This document shows positions 47,315 to 56,734 of a stretch of DNA of 64,000 nt, piece after piece (position 1 is the stretch's first letter; each line of letters begins with the position of its first letter). Both the position numbers and the translations under genes were made by a program. Under the pieces are notes generated by a model. The model ran no database searches. It was not told the DNA's origin and was given only the letters and a program-made list of their open reading frames with translations. Source of the stretch: Planctomycetota bacterium (GTDB lineage Bacteria > Planctomycetota > SZUA-567 > H5-PLA8); assembly GCA_045863855.1 (NCBI GenBank), contig BTVV01000005.1, positions 53,631-117,630 on the forward strand, in the 5' to 3' direction.

Positions 47315-49144
47315 TTAGCGGTACAGCGGCATGTAGCGGTAGTAGACTTCCAGGCTCATCGCGCCCAGCGCCGTCGTGTAGGCGCGGCCGGCTTTGGTCT
47401 CCCAAGCCGAGAGCGGATCCCAGCTTCCGTCGAAGTCGCCGTCCTTGCGCTGGTTTTGGACGAGCACGCTCTTGAGCTTCTCGTTCCACTCTTTCCACAT
47501 CTCGCCGCCGGTCTGGAACATGGTCAGCGTGGTGTAGTACATGTAGTACATGGGCCAGCCGCCGCCGTTGGCGATGCCCAGGTCTTTGCTCCACGCGGGC
47601 GGCTGCTCCTTCAGCAGCCACTTCGCGGCGCCCTGCACCTCCTCCGGCTTGGAGCCCGTGTAAAGCCGGCACAGGATGCCGATGGAGGTCGTGTTGTACA
47701 TCGCGCCGGGTTCGGTGTAGCCGTAGCGATGATTGCCGGTGTCGTAGCCTTCGTCGACTTTCTTGACGTTCTCGGGCTTCTGCATGCGGCTGTCCAGGAA
47801 CTTGATCGCGCCGTCGAATGCCGCGGGATTGACGCTGAGGCCGGCGACCTTGGCGCTCTTGAGCTGCATGATGAACCAGCCGGCGACGGACAAGTCGCCG
47901 ACAGCGGCCTTGGGCTGGTAGCGCCAGCCGAGTTTGTCGCTGGCGTCGCCGTGCTGATAGTGCTCGGTCGTGTACTCGATGGCCTTCTGGGCGGCGGCGC
48001 GGGTTTCCGGCACGCGGCCCATGGCGGAAGCTTCGGCGAGGGCCATGCCGCAGATGGCATGGTGGTAGCCGTACCCGCCGTGGTGCTCGGTAAACTTAGG
48101 GTTGGTTCCGATGGCCCCGTCGTCGCGCTGGTTGGCGATCATCCAAGCGACGGCGCGCTTGACGTTATCTTTGTACTTGCCGACTTTTTCGGTGTGCCCC
48201 GCGCCCAGGAAGGCCAGCGTAGCCAGTCCGGTAACGCCGGGGTCCCAGTCGCCGGCGCCTTCGGTCTTGCGGACGCTCCAGCTCCCGTCGGCTTCCTGGT
48301 GGCGGGCCAGCCATTCGAGCGCCTTGTCGACGGCAGACTCGGTGGCCTTGCCGCCGCCGCCGCGCATGGCGCGGCGCAACCGGCCGCCGGCGCTGGTGGG
48401 CCGGCCGAACGCGCCGCCCCCGCCGCCGCCCAAGCCGATCGAGGCGACGACGCCCTGCCCGCCCAGCATCACGTCCGATATGCCTTCGTCGCCGTGCGCT
48501 TCGGCCGCGTCGTTGTTGTCTGCCGTCTCGACGTGCTCGGCGATCTCGACTTCTTCGTGGACGACGACGGGCTGATCGACCACGGCTTCCGTCTCGGCGA
48601 ACTCGACGGGTTTTTTAAAGATGTCGCGCTGCTTGGGTTCTTCGATTTCCGGCGGATCCTGGCGTTTGGCCAGATCGGTAACGATTACCACGTCGTTGCT
48701 TTGGGCGCGCAGCACAGCCATGCCGATGAGAGTCAAGAGCAGCAGGAGCAGCGCATGGAACGCGCCGCTGACGATCCACCACGGCGCAGCGCCCAGCCGG
48801 TCGCTCATGGTGTCGAGGAACCCCGCCGGTGCGCCGACCAACTCCTCTTCTTCCGGCGCGTCGACCTGCACGGCTTTCTGCGATGTCGTATAGCGCAGCT
48901 TCTCGTCGGCGACTTCCTGGAAGTCGCGGCTGACGGCGCGCGGACCGTATACGTTCTGCATCTTGCCGAGGAGCCACTTGCGCGATTCGAGCTGCTTGGC
49001 GAATTCGGCGTTGTCGCGGGCGAGCTGCTCTACCATCGCCGCTTCGTCGGGGGCGAGTTCCCCTTCGAGGTACGGGCGGATCAGCTCCAGCGCTTCCTGC
49101 GGAATCCCTGCGACGGGTGCGGCCTGGGGGCGGGCGTTCTTCAT
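47315..49144 (-). CDS. Anti-sigma domain (no Zn ligands) + TM + prenyltransferase/squalene-cyclase-repeat domain
   Basis: Paralogue of 8396-10192: PYLEG, PWWIVSGAFHALLLLLL, RDIFKKPV, HEEVEIA, LAFLGAGHTEKVGKYKDNVKRAV, DGSWDP, LEVYYRYMPLYR. Confidence 0.85.
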   Translation of the reverse strand: MKNARPQAAPVAGIPQEALELIRPYLEGELAPDEAAMVEQLARDNAEFAKQLESRKWLLGKMQNVYGPRAVSRDFQEVADEKLRYTTSQKAVQVDAPEEEELVGAPAGFLDTMSDRLGAAPWWIVSGAFHALLLLLLTLIGMAVLRAQSNDVVIVTDLAKRQDPPEIEEPKQRDIFKKPVEFAETEAVVDQPVVVHEEVEIAEHVETADNNDAAEAHGDEGISDVMLGGQGVVASIGLGGGGGGAFGRPTSAGGRLRRAMRGGGGKATESAVDKALEWLARHQEADGSWSVRKTEGAGDWDPGVTGLATLAFLGAGHTEKVGKYKDNVKRAVAWMIANQRDDGAIGTNPKFTEHHGGYGYHHAICGMALAEASAMGRVPETRAAAQKAIEYTTEHYQHGDASDKLGWRYQPKAAVGDLSVAGWFIMQLKSAKVAGLSVNPAAFDGAIKFLDSRMQKPENVKKVDEGYDTGNHRYGYTEPGAMYNTTSIGILCRLYTGSKPEEVQGAAKWLLKEQPPAWSKDLGIANGGGWPMYYMYYTTLTMFQTGGEMWKEWNEKLKSVLVQNQRKDGDFDGSWDPLSAWETKAGRAYTTALGAMSLEVYYRYMPLYR

Positions 49145-49743
49145 GACGGGTGCTCCTCCGTGCGCCGCAGCGCGTTGAGTTTGATGAGGAGGAGCCCGTC
49201 GGCGCGAGCGATGCGGCTGCGTACGGTTCCGGGAGGCACGCCCAGGCGGTCGGCCACCTGCGCGAGCGTCAATTTCTCCCAGTAATGCAGCACCATCACT
49301 TCGCGGTACGCCTCGGGCAATTCGTCCACGGCCTTGATCACCGACTCGGCTTCCGGATTGAGCGCGGAGCCCGATTCCGGAGTGGCCGAACGGCGCGGAA
49401 ACGCCGTTTTGGTGAGCGAAGCCTGTTCGCCGGTGCTGAGGCGCTGTTCGCGCTGCGCATCGCGGCGGCGGACGAAGTCGATGGCGTTGCAGCGGTTGAT
49501 CCGCCGCAGCCACGGCCCGAGCTTGTACGGGTCCTCCAAGCGGTTGAGATCCACGAAGGCCTGGCAGAGGCTGTCTTGGGCGATGTCTTCCGCGTCGGGC
49601 TGGTTGCCCAGGATGCCGAGCGCCTGGTTGACCAGGTCGGCGCGGAAACGTTCGGCCAACTGCCAAAAATAGTCCGGCGGCGTCTCCGCGCCCTGTTGGC
49701 GCGCTTCGATGAGCGCTTCCACCATGGCTTCGGTTGTACGCAC
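49141..49743 (-). CDS. ECF RNA polymerase sigma-70 factor
   Basis: DAEDIAQD, WLRRINRCNAID, LPEAYREV...GTVRSRIARA; ATGA overlap with the anti-sigma gene. Confidence 0.93.
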   Translation of the reverse strand: MRTTEAMVEALIEARQQGAETPPDYFWQLAERFRADLVNQALGILGNQPDAEDIAQDSLCQAFVDLNRLEDPYKLGPWLRRINRCNAIDFVRRRDAQREQRLSTGEQASLTKTAFPRRSATPESGSALNPEAESVIKAVDELPEAYREVMVLHYWEKLTLAQVADRLGVPPGTVRSRIARADGLLLIKLNALRRTEEHPS

Positions 49744-49952
49744 GCGTTTCGGACCTCCGGGGTCTTCCCTTCCGCTCCTTCAGCCGCAGCGAGGGACCCG
49801 ATTTCTCCAATTAAATAGACTAATTTCACAACGCACTTCGTGCAACCTAATGATAAAAGCTGCATTTCGTTGCCCTCAAAGGACTTGTGAAATCTAACTC
49901 AGCAAGGGCAAGTGAGCAGGCGAGCGTGCGAAGGCATTTTCACTCACGATCG

Positions 49953-49990
49953 TACGTGAGCTTCCCCCTTATAGAGGGGAAGCTCACGTA
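49953..49990. terminator. Perfect 15-bp inverted repeat, probable terminator of the upstream minus-strand gene
   Basis: TACGTGAGCTTCCCC-N8-GGGGAAGCTCACGTA, ~30 nt past the stop at 50022. Confidence 0.55.
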
Positions 49991-50021
49991 ATTGGAGCAG
50001 GTGCGGATGACCTTGGAGTGG

Positions 50022-52055
50022 TTATTCGGCTTCGGCGCGCAGGAAGACGACCACTTGCTGCGCAGGCGCCGCGGCGTCGGGTTTTGCGATTAGAGTGGCG
50101 GAACCGGCGCGGACGTAATTGCCGAGCGGAACCTGGGCCGTCGCATGAACCAGTGCCCTTACGGTCTGAAGATGGTGGACTTCCGCATTGAGCTTCAGAA
50201 CTACCGAAGAGCTGGCGCCGTCCTGCATGCTGAACGTTTGGAGTAAATCTTTGCCTATTTCGATGCTATCGGGAGTCGCCAGAAACTTCATATTTACCGT
50301 GGCGTTCTGGCCGCTGGAGGACAACTCCGGGGTCACCTCCAGGATCGAGCCGAGTTCCAAGGTGCGCCCGATGGAAGGATCGTAGCTGTCGCCGCTGATC
50401 TCGTAGTCGGAGATGTACGAACAATCCTGACCACATACCGCGTATACACGCTGCCCGTTGACCGCGTGCAGACGGAAATCGGCCAGGCATTTGACGCCGG
50501 CGGTTTCGGCCCATTTGGCGATGGCCGGCGCATCGAAGGTGGCTCGGTCTTCCAGGATCAACGTCTGATAAGCCGCCGCCGGAAAGGTAAAGGCCACAGC
50601 ATGCAGGCGTAGCACCCGGCGACTGCGGGCGGCTTCGTCCTGGAGCGATTTGAGCATGGCCGGGTGTTCCGCCTCGGGCAGGCGCGTAAAGAGCACCGGG
50701 CCGCGGACTTCAACCAACTTGTTCTTGCGGATCTTTTCGATGAAGTGCGAGCGCGCTCGCCGCAACGTATCGTTCGGTACCGACGCCGTGGTGGGCGCGA
50801 TCGAGAATGCGTTGACGGCTTCCCCGCCAAAGGGATTCCCCGCGGCGGGGCTCTCGAAATCGCGATACCGGGGCGGTTGAAACTCGGCTGGCGAGTTGGC
50901 CAGGCCGTCCATGGGATAAAGCGCAAAGACTTCGCCCTCGCGAAGGCCTCCGACCCCGCGAAGCGTGTTCGGCTCGCCGGTCCCGATCTGCGCGGAGGCG
51001 AAGACCGCCAGTTTCTTGCCAGCCAATTCCGGCATGGCCGAAGTGGGCTCCATGGCGCCCACGAGCATGTATCGGCCACGCGGAAGCTTCAGCGCTCCGG
51101 ACATACGAGCCGTGGCCTGCCTGGGAAGCGCGATCGATAAATGGCCTTCGATGGGCGCGACCGCTTCCAGCCTGCGCGCGGGCGCTTTTTCCTCGTCGCG
51201 CTGAACACCCTCCTCGTCCGGACCAGGATCTTTTTTCGGCTTCTCGATGGCCTTGGCAAGCACGTCGGTGCGGCTGTCGAAGTCCATGTTGGCCTGCAGG
51301 AAGTCCGGTGTTTTGCAGAGCACCACTTCCAGGCTGAGGAGTGTTTCAGTGTCCGGCATGCGCAAGCCCTTCGCGGTTACCTCAAGCCCGGTGGGCGCCA
51401 GCCTCACGACCGGGTCAAGGACTGCGCCCGAAACATCGTAGTCGCCGATGTAGGTGCGGGAACCGCCAGCCTGTGCCCATAGCCGCTGGCCTTCCTGGCC
51501 GCGCAGATCCAGGATTCCTAGGGTTCCGTGCGCGCCCAACGCTTTGAGCAAGTCGGCCGGCGCGATGCCGCCGCGTACCTGCGACCAAGCGGCGATGTCG
51601 GCGGGCGCTAACGCAGCCACCACCACCGTAGCCCGAAACTCGGGCGCGGCCCCTTCTTCCAGCCAGGCGAGCACCTTTTCGATTTCGGCGTGCACTTCTT
51701 TGGCTTGAAGGACGATCAGTTTCTGGCCGTCCGATTCGATGCGCGCCGGTCCGTGGCGGCGCCAGGTATCAGGAGCGGCGCAAGTGGTTACGATGCCGAT
51801 GATATCTTCGGGCAGAAGCCTAGGCAGATTCATGTCCGTACCCGAAGCGCTTTCGCGCTGGTTTATGGGAGCGTTCAACAATCTTCGCAGCGAGTACGCC
51901 CGTTCCTCGAAGCCTTCCGGAGGCGGTTCCATCTCTTCGGCGGCAGGCTCCTGTCCTGCGGCCCAAGGCGCGGAAACCCCTCCCAGAAGCAAGGCCAGAA
52001 GCGCCAGCGCTTGAATGGAATTTCCAATACCCCATGGCATAGAATGCGGTTTCAT
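50022..52055 (-). CDS. Exported protein with two tandem secretin-like modules
   Basis: Signal peptide; N3-like segment PDTW...LIVLQ..EVH.EIEKVL; repeats GQR...YIGDYDVSGAVLDP / GQR...YISDYEISGDSYDP; LEVTP; terminal VVVFLRA. Confidence 0.6.
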   Translation of the reverse strand: MKPHSMPWGIGNSIQALALLALLLGGVSAPWAAGQEPAAEEMEPPPEGFEERAYSLRRLLNAPINQRESASGTDMNLPRLLPEDIIGIVTTCAAPDTWRRHGPARIESDGQKLIVLQAKEVHAEIEKVLAWLEEGAAPEFRATVVVAALAPADIAAWSQVRGGIAPADLLKALGAHGTLGILDLRGQEGQRLWAQAGGSRTYIGDYDVSGAVLDPVVRLAPTGLEVTAKGLRMPDTETLLSLEVVLCKTPDFLQANMDFDSRTDVLAKAIEKPKKDPGPDEEGVQRDEEKAPARRLEAVAPIEGHLSIALPRQATARMSGALKLPRGRYMLVGAMEPTSAMPELAGKKLAVFASAQIGTGEPNTLRGVGGLREGEVFALYPMDGLANSPAEFQPPRYRDFESPAAGNPFGGEAVNAFSIAPTTASVPNDTLRRARSHFIEKIRKNKLVEVRGPVLFTRLPEAEHPAMLKSLQDEAARSRRVLRLHAVAFTFPAAAYQTLILEDRATFDAPAIAKWAETAGVKCLADFRLHAVNGQRVYAVCGQDCSYISDYEISGDSYDPSIGRTLELGSILEVTPELSSSGQNATVNMKFLATPDSIEIGKDLLQTFSMQDGASSSVVLKLNAEVHHLQTVRALVHATAQVPLGNYVRAGSATLIAKPDAAAPAQQVVVFLRAEAE

Positions 52056-52218
52056 TGCGTATCTCCAGAATGTCAGGCTGGTTCATTCTTGTACCTAAGA
52101 CGCCGAGAAATCAGAACCCGTGACCGTCGAAACTCGAAGCGATTTGCGGTTTCCGTTGCGGCTCGCATTACGCACAATGGAAACCTAAGGCTTGGAACCC
52201 ACACGAAAGGCTTTCCCC

Positions 52219-55023
52219 ATGCTGCGACGTACCTCAAAGATATGGATCACCTGCGCCGCCCTGATGGTGCTTGGGCGCGTGGTGGCTCAGGACGCGCCGC
52301 CCATCGACGAGAAGGTTCGCGAGGCACTGAAAGCGCTACCGGCTGAAGCGAAGCCCGAAGAGTTGCGCCGCGCGCGTAACGGCGCGTATTACGCGCTCCT
52401 GCCCAACGGCGCGGAACTAATCGTCCAGGAGAAGCGCACGGCGCCGATCGTCGCCGTGCAGGCGTGGGTGCGCACCGGCGCGATCCACGAGACCGAATGG
52501 CTGGGCGCGGGGATGAGCCACTATTGCGAGCACCTGCTCTTCAAGGGCACGGCGAAGTATCCAACGGGGCAATTGGACCAGATCATGCGCGGCGCGGGCG
52601 CCGACGACAACGCGTATACTTCCAGCGACCGGACGGTGTACCACGCCACCGGCTCGTCCGAAAACTTCGCGACGCTTTTTGACGCGCTCTCCGACATGGT
52701 CATGCACAGTACCTTTCCGGCCGAGGAGGTCACGAAAGAGCACGCGGTGGTGGTGAAGGAGATCGAGCGCTCGCTGGACGACCCGGACAGCGCGCTGTGG
52801 GACGCGTTCCAGCGCACGTTGTACCAGGAGCATCCGTACCGCGTGCCGGTGCTGGGTTATCCGGACCGCTTCGCGAAGGTGACGCGCGAAGAAGTCTGGG
52901 CGTACTACCAGCGCCGCTACGCGCCGCAGCTCACGACCTTCATCGTCGCCGGGGATCTCTCGGCCGCGGAAGCGCTGCCGTTGATGGCGAAGGCCGTCGC
53001 GGGCTGGGCGCGCAAGAGCGTCGCGCCGGTGGTGGTGCCGGAAGAACCGCCGCAGGTCGCGCCGCGCCGCGCGGTGCTGGCCCACCCGCTGTGCGAGATG
53101 CCGAAGTTTCAGCTCGCGTTCCCCACGGTCTCGATCCGGCATCCGGACCTCTACGCACTGGACGTACTGGCTTCGATCCTGGGCAGCGGGCGCTCCAGCC
53201 GCCTCTACAAGGCCGTGCAGGACGAGAAGCAGCTCGTCCACGAAATCGAGTGCTGGAACTACACGCCGGATCATCCGGGAATGTTCTCGGTCGGCGCGAG
53301 CATGAATCCGGAGAAGATCGAAGCGGCGCGCGCGGCGATTTGGGAGGTTCTTAAAGCGGCATGCGAGACGCCCCCGACGCCGGAAGAACTGGCCCGCGCG
53401 CAGCGCAAGGTCGCGGCCGACCACGTCTTTCAGCAGATGACGGCCGAAGGCGTCGCCAGCGCGCTGGGAAACGACTGGCATTCGGCGGGCGATCTGGACT
53501 TTTCGCAGACTTATTCCGATGGCATTGGCCAAGTAACGGCCGAAGACGTGCTGGCGGCGGCACGGAAATATCTGATCCCGCAGCGCGAAAATTTTGTGCT
53601 GCTGCTCCCCGAAGGCGTGGCCGCTCCGGCGGCGCAGGCGGCCGAAGCCGGACCCGCGCAAGCGTCCGGCGGGCCTCCGCCGGACGAACTGAAGGCGCGT
53701 TACCCCGAACTGGCCGCGGTAGAGCGGGAGGTGCTGGCCGGCGCGCCGACGTGGACCTTTACGTTCAAGAACGGTTTGCGCGCGGTGCTGCGCGAAGACC
53801 GTTCGATCCCGGCGCTGCATGCGTCGTTGGTGGCGTTGGGCGGGCTGCGCTTGGAGCCCGCGGAGTTGCCGGGTGCGGGGAACTTGCTCGCGGAGATGCT
53901 CGACCGCGGTTGCGCGGCGGCGAACAAGGAACAGCTTGCCGCGGCGGTGGAGAACCTCGGCGCCAAACTGGAGACTTTCGGCGGCAGCAATACCTTTGGA
54001 CTTAACCTTCGCGCGTTAAAGGCGGATGTTCCCAAGGTCTTCGACTTGGCCGTGGCCAGTTTGCTGGAGCCGACCTTCCCCGCAGGGGATCTGGAAAAAG
54101 CGCGTGACGAAGTCCTGGCGAAGCTCAAGCAGCAGGACGAGTACATCTGGTCGCTCAACAATAAGGTGTTCCGCCCGCTCCTGTGGGGTTCGCACGCGTA
54201 CGCGCGGCACGCGCTGGGGACGCCGGAGAGCGTCGCGAAGCTCACTTCGGCCGATTTGAAAGCGCTGCATGCGCGCTGGGTGCGCCCGGACGGTTTGGCG
54301 GTTGCGTTCGTCGGCGATGCCGACGCCACACAGGCGCTGGATTGGCTGAGCGCGCGCCTGGCGAAACTGCCCAAGCCCGCCGAAGCGCTCCCGGCCGGAC
54401 AGGAGCCGCCGGCCTTGGCCGAAGCGAAGAACGGCGAGCAACGCAAGCCCGGACTGCAAGGCGCGGTGCTGACGCTGGGCTTCCGCACCGTGGACCTGAA
54501 GCATCCCGACCGCGTCGCGCTGGATCTGCTGGCCGCCGTGCTGGAAGGATTGGGCGGCCGGCTGGGCGTCAAGATTCGCGAAGAGCAAGGATTGGCCTAC
54601 GCGGTGGGCGCGATGCACCAGCCGCAGCTCGATGGCGGTTCGTTCATGCTCTACGTCCAGACCGATCCGCAGAATCTCAAGCGCTGCCTGGACAGTTTCT
54701 GGGAGATCGTAAACGACCTGCGCGCCAAGCCCATGAGCGCCGAAGAATTGCTGAACGCGCAGCAGTACCTGGCCGGACAGGAAGGCGTGCAGCTCCAGGA
54801 ACTGAATCAGGTGGCGCAGCGTCTGGCGCTGGCGCAGCTTTACGGGGAAGGAACCGCGTCGGTCTTCACGTACCGTGACCGGGTTCGAAGCGTCTCCTTG
54901 GAGCAATTGCACGCGGCGATCCTGAAATATCTTTCGCCTGAGCGCTACGCACGGGCGACCGTGCAGCCGCCCGAAGGCGAAGCGCCCGCGCAGGCGCCCG
55001 CCGATCCGCATCACGGGCATTGA
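52219..55023 (+). CDS. Exported M16 (pitrilysin-family) zinc peptidase
   Basis: HYCEHLLFKGT (HxxEH), NAYTS, SSRLY, IREEQGLAY; signal peptide. Confidence 0.92.
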   Translation: MLRRTSKIWITCAALMVLGRVVAQDAPPIDEKVREALKALPAEAKPEELRRARNGAYYALLPNGAELIVQEKRTAPIVAVQAWVRTGAIHETEWLGAGMSHYCEHLLFKGTAKYPTGQLDQIMRGAGADDNAYTSSDRTVYHATGSSENFATLFDALSDMVMHSTFPAEEVTKEHAVVVKEIERSLDDPDSALWDAFQRTLYQEHPYRVPVLGYPDRFAKVTREEVWAYYQRRYAPQLTTFIVAGDLSAAEALPLMAKAVAGWARKSVAPVVVPEEPPQVAPRRAVLAHPLCEMPKFQLAFPTVSIRHPDLYALDVLASILGSGRSSRLYKAVQDEKQLVHEIECWNYTPDHPGMFSVGASMNPEKIEAARAAIWEVLKAACETPPTPEELARAQRKVAADHVFQQMTAEGVASALGNDWHSAGDLDFSQTYSDGIGQVTAEDVLAAARKYLIPQRENFVLLLPEGVAAPAAQAAEAGPAQASGGPPPDELKARYPELAAVEREVLAGAPTWTFTFKNGLRAVLREDRSIPALHASLVALGGLRLEPAELPGAGNLLAEMLDRGCAAANKEQLAAAVENLGAKLETFGGSNTFGLNLRALKADVPKVFDLAVASLLEPTFPAGDLEKARDEVLAKLKQQDEYIWSLNNKVFRPLLWGSHAYARHALGTPESVAKLTSADLKALHARWVRPDGLAVAFVGDADATQALDWLSARLAKLPKPAEALPAGQEPPALAEAKNGEQRKPGLQGAVLTLGFRTVDLKHPDRVALDLLAAVLEGLGGRLGVKIREEQGLAYAVGAMHQPQLDGGSFMLYVQTDPQNLKRCLDSFWEIVNDLRAKPMSAEELLNAQQYLAGQEGVQLQELNQVAQRLALAQLYGEGTASVFTYRDRVRSVSLEQLHAAILKYLSPERYARATVQPPEGEAPAQAPADPHHGH

Positions 55024-55154
55024 TCGATTTCAGGGCAGCCCCATGCACCAGGAATTCGGGGCACGGGCCTCTTTACGCGGCCGCCGTTCTTCGTAGGATG
55101 CACGCTGAAAGCAACGGCGAGATCGCTTCGCCTTGCAGCCCGTTCGTACATCTC

Positions 55155-55263
55155 AGTACGGTATGGGTCCCGCCTCGGACCGTGCCTGCGACGCCGGGTC
55201 GGCAACCACGTGCGCAGGGGGTGCGGCCGAGGCGGGACCGTCCGACTCCTGAACGTCCGTACT
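55155..55263. ncRNA. Candidate structured RNA (long imperfect hairpin)
   Basis: Nested pairings AGTACGG/CCGTACT, GGTCCCGCCTCGG/CCGAGGCGGGACC, CTGCG/CGCAG in a ~390-nt intergenic gap. Confidence 0.4.
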
Positions 55264-55410
55264 CCTCAAGAGTTCGCGAAAACATCGGGGCTTGAATAAT
55301 CGCTTCCATGCGGGACAACGAAACGCCGATCTAAAGGTGGCGGGATTTCCGCAGAATTTTGCACCTTGTGTTGACGCACGAGTGATGCCCGGGGCAGGAC
55401 GAGGTTCATC

Positions 55411-56439
55411 ATGCGCACCGCTCGAACGACCGGACTGCTGGCGCTGCTGCTGCTGTTGGCGGGCTGCGTGATCACGCCCGAAGGCATCGAAGACGTCGAG
55501 ATCCTGCTGGCCGACATCCTGCCGCCCTCGCGCATCGTGGGCAGCTACATCCAGAAAGAGCGTCCCAAGCCGCCGCCCGGCGACGAAATGGAAGTCCAAT
55601 TGGGCGGCAAGACGAAGCTCGACGTGATGAAGAAGTGGGGCAGTTGGTCGACGCTGTTCTGCGACTACGGCTTGCTCAAGGGCCCCCCGAAGGTGCGCGT
55701 CACGGTCTCGGAAATGAGCACGCGCCTGCAAGCCTACGGCGCGTACACCAACCTGCGCCCCGGCCTGCTGCCCGAGAATGCTTACGTCAAGATCGGCACA
55801 CACGGCACGGTGGACGGCGAGCGGCTGATTTTCGTCCACGATCTGTACCTCGTCGTGGTGCGGCTGCTGGAACCGCTGCCGCCGGATCAGGCGCGCTCGC
55901 TGCTGATCCAGTTCGGGCGCGCGACTTCGAACCGTATCCCGCGCAGTCTCGCGCCGATTCCACCGGTCAGTTTCCTGCCACAGGAAGGCCGCGTGGTGGC
56001 CAGCGAGCGGCTCGACAAGGACGATCCGCTGGGCTTGGACATCCTTAAAGACGGCGCGGCCTCCGCGCTGTACCGCAAGGAAAACCAGGAGACCAAGAAG
56101 GTACAGGAAGCCAAAGTCTTCCTGGCGCTGGTCGAAGAAGCCCTGCTGCGGCGCAGTGCGCTGACGCGCTACCATGACTTGATGAAGAAAGAAGGCGAAG
56201 TCGGCGAAGTGCCGGTGGGCGACAGCGGACACAAAGGCAAACTGCAAGGCAAGGCATGCATGATCGCGCAGCGCGAGAACGTCCTCTTCGGCGTGATCGG
56301 GAACATGGACGAAGCCGAGATGCAGAACTTGCTGGCGGTGGTCGACCGCCGCATCAAGCCCTTCGTGCCCGCGCAGTACAAGGATTTGCAGAAGGCCAAA
56401 GAGAACGAAGAGAAGAAAGCCACTTTCTCCGGCGAGTAG
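55411..56439 (+). CDS. Lipoprotein, DUF6599-like
   Basis: Lipobox LAGC; V..M.....AYGAY and F....Y.V pattern. Confidence 0.55.
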   Translation: MRTARTTGLLALLLLLAGCVITPEGIEDVEILLADILPPSRIVGSYIQKERPKPPPGDEMEVQLGGKTKLDVMKKWGSWSTLFCDYGLLKGPPKVRVTVSEMSTRLQAYGAYTNLRPGLLPENAYVKIGTHGTVDGERLIFVHDLYLVVVRLLEPLPPDQARSLLIQFGRATSNRIPRSLAPIPPVSFLPQEGRVVASERLDKDDPLGLDILKDGAASALYRKENQETKKVQEAKVFLALVEEALLRRSALTRYHDLMKKEGEVGEVPVGDSGHKGKLQGKACMIAQRENVLFGVIGNMDEAEMQNLLAVVDRRIKPFVPAQYKDLQKAKENEEKKATFSGE

Positions 56440-56443
56440 CACG

Positions 56444-56734
56444 CTACTTCTTGATCGCTTTCGCCATCAGCCGCGCGACCTGAGCGGCTCCGGTAAGTTC
56501 CAAAACCTTCGGCCCCAGCACCAGCCTTCCGTCGCTCAATCGTTCCGCGTAACCGGCTTCGGCCAGCGTATTCAAAAACCGGCTGGCGCGGCTTTTGGGG
56601 ATGCCCAATTCGCGCGCGAGTTCCACGACCCCCACGGGCTGCGTGCGCGCGAGCGCTTCGAGCAGATCCAGCGACTTGCGCAGCGTCTTTACGTCGCCGC
56701 CGGCCGCGCCAGCGCTTCGTCGATCCGCGCCCAT
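56444..56734 (-). CDS. Stand-alone IclR-type helix-turn-helix protein
   Basis: [13 protein letters not shown]...VVELARELGIPKSRASRFLNTL..AGY...LGPKVLEL; RBS ggaggg before ATG 56734. Confidence 0.75.
   Translation of the reverse strand: MGADRRSAGAAGGDVKTLRKSLDLLEALARTQPVGVVELARELGIPKSRASRFLNTLAEAGYAERLSDGRLVLGPKVLELTGAAQVARLMAKAIKK

Noticed and set aside
47315..49810. 831-aa sigma/anti-sigma fusion suggested by the ORF track
   Set aside because: The upstream extension is off-frame to the sigma gene; the likely start is ATG 49144 overlapping the sigma stop codon
55155..55263. Assigning the hairpin as SRP RNA, 6S RNA or tmRNA
   Set aside because: No CAGG-GNRA-AGCAG motif, too short and wrong context for 6S, no tRNA-like ends
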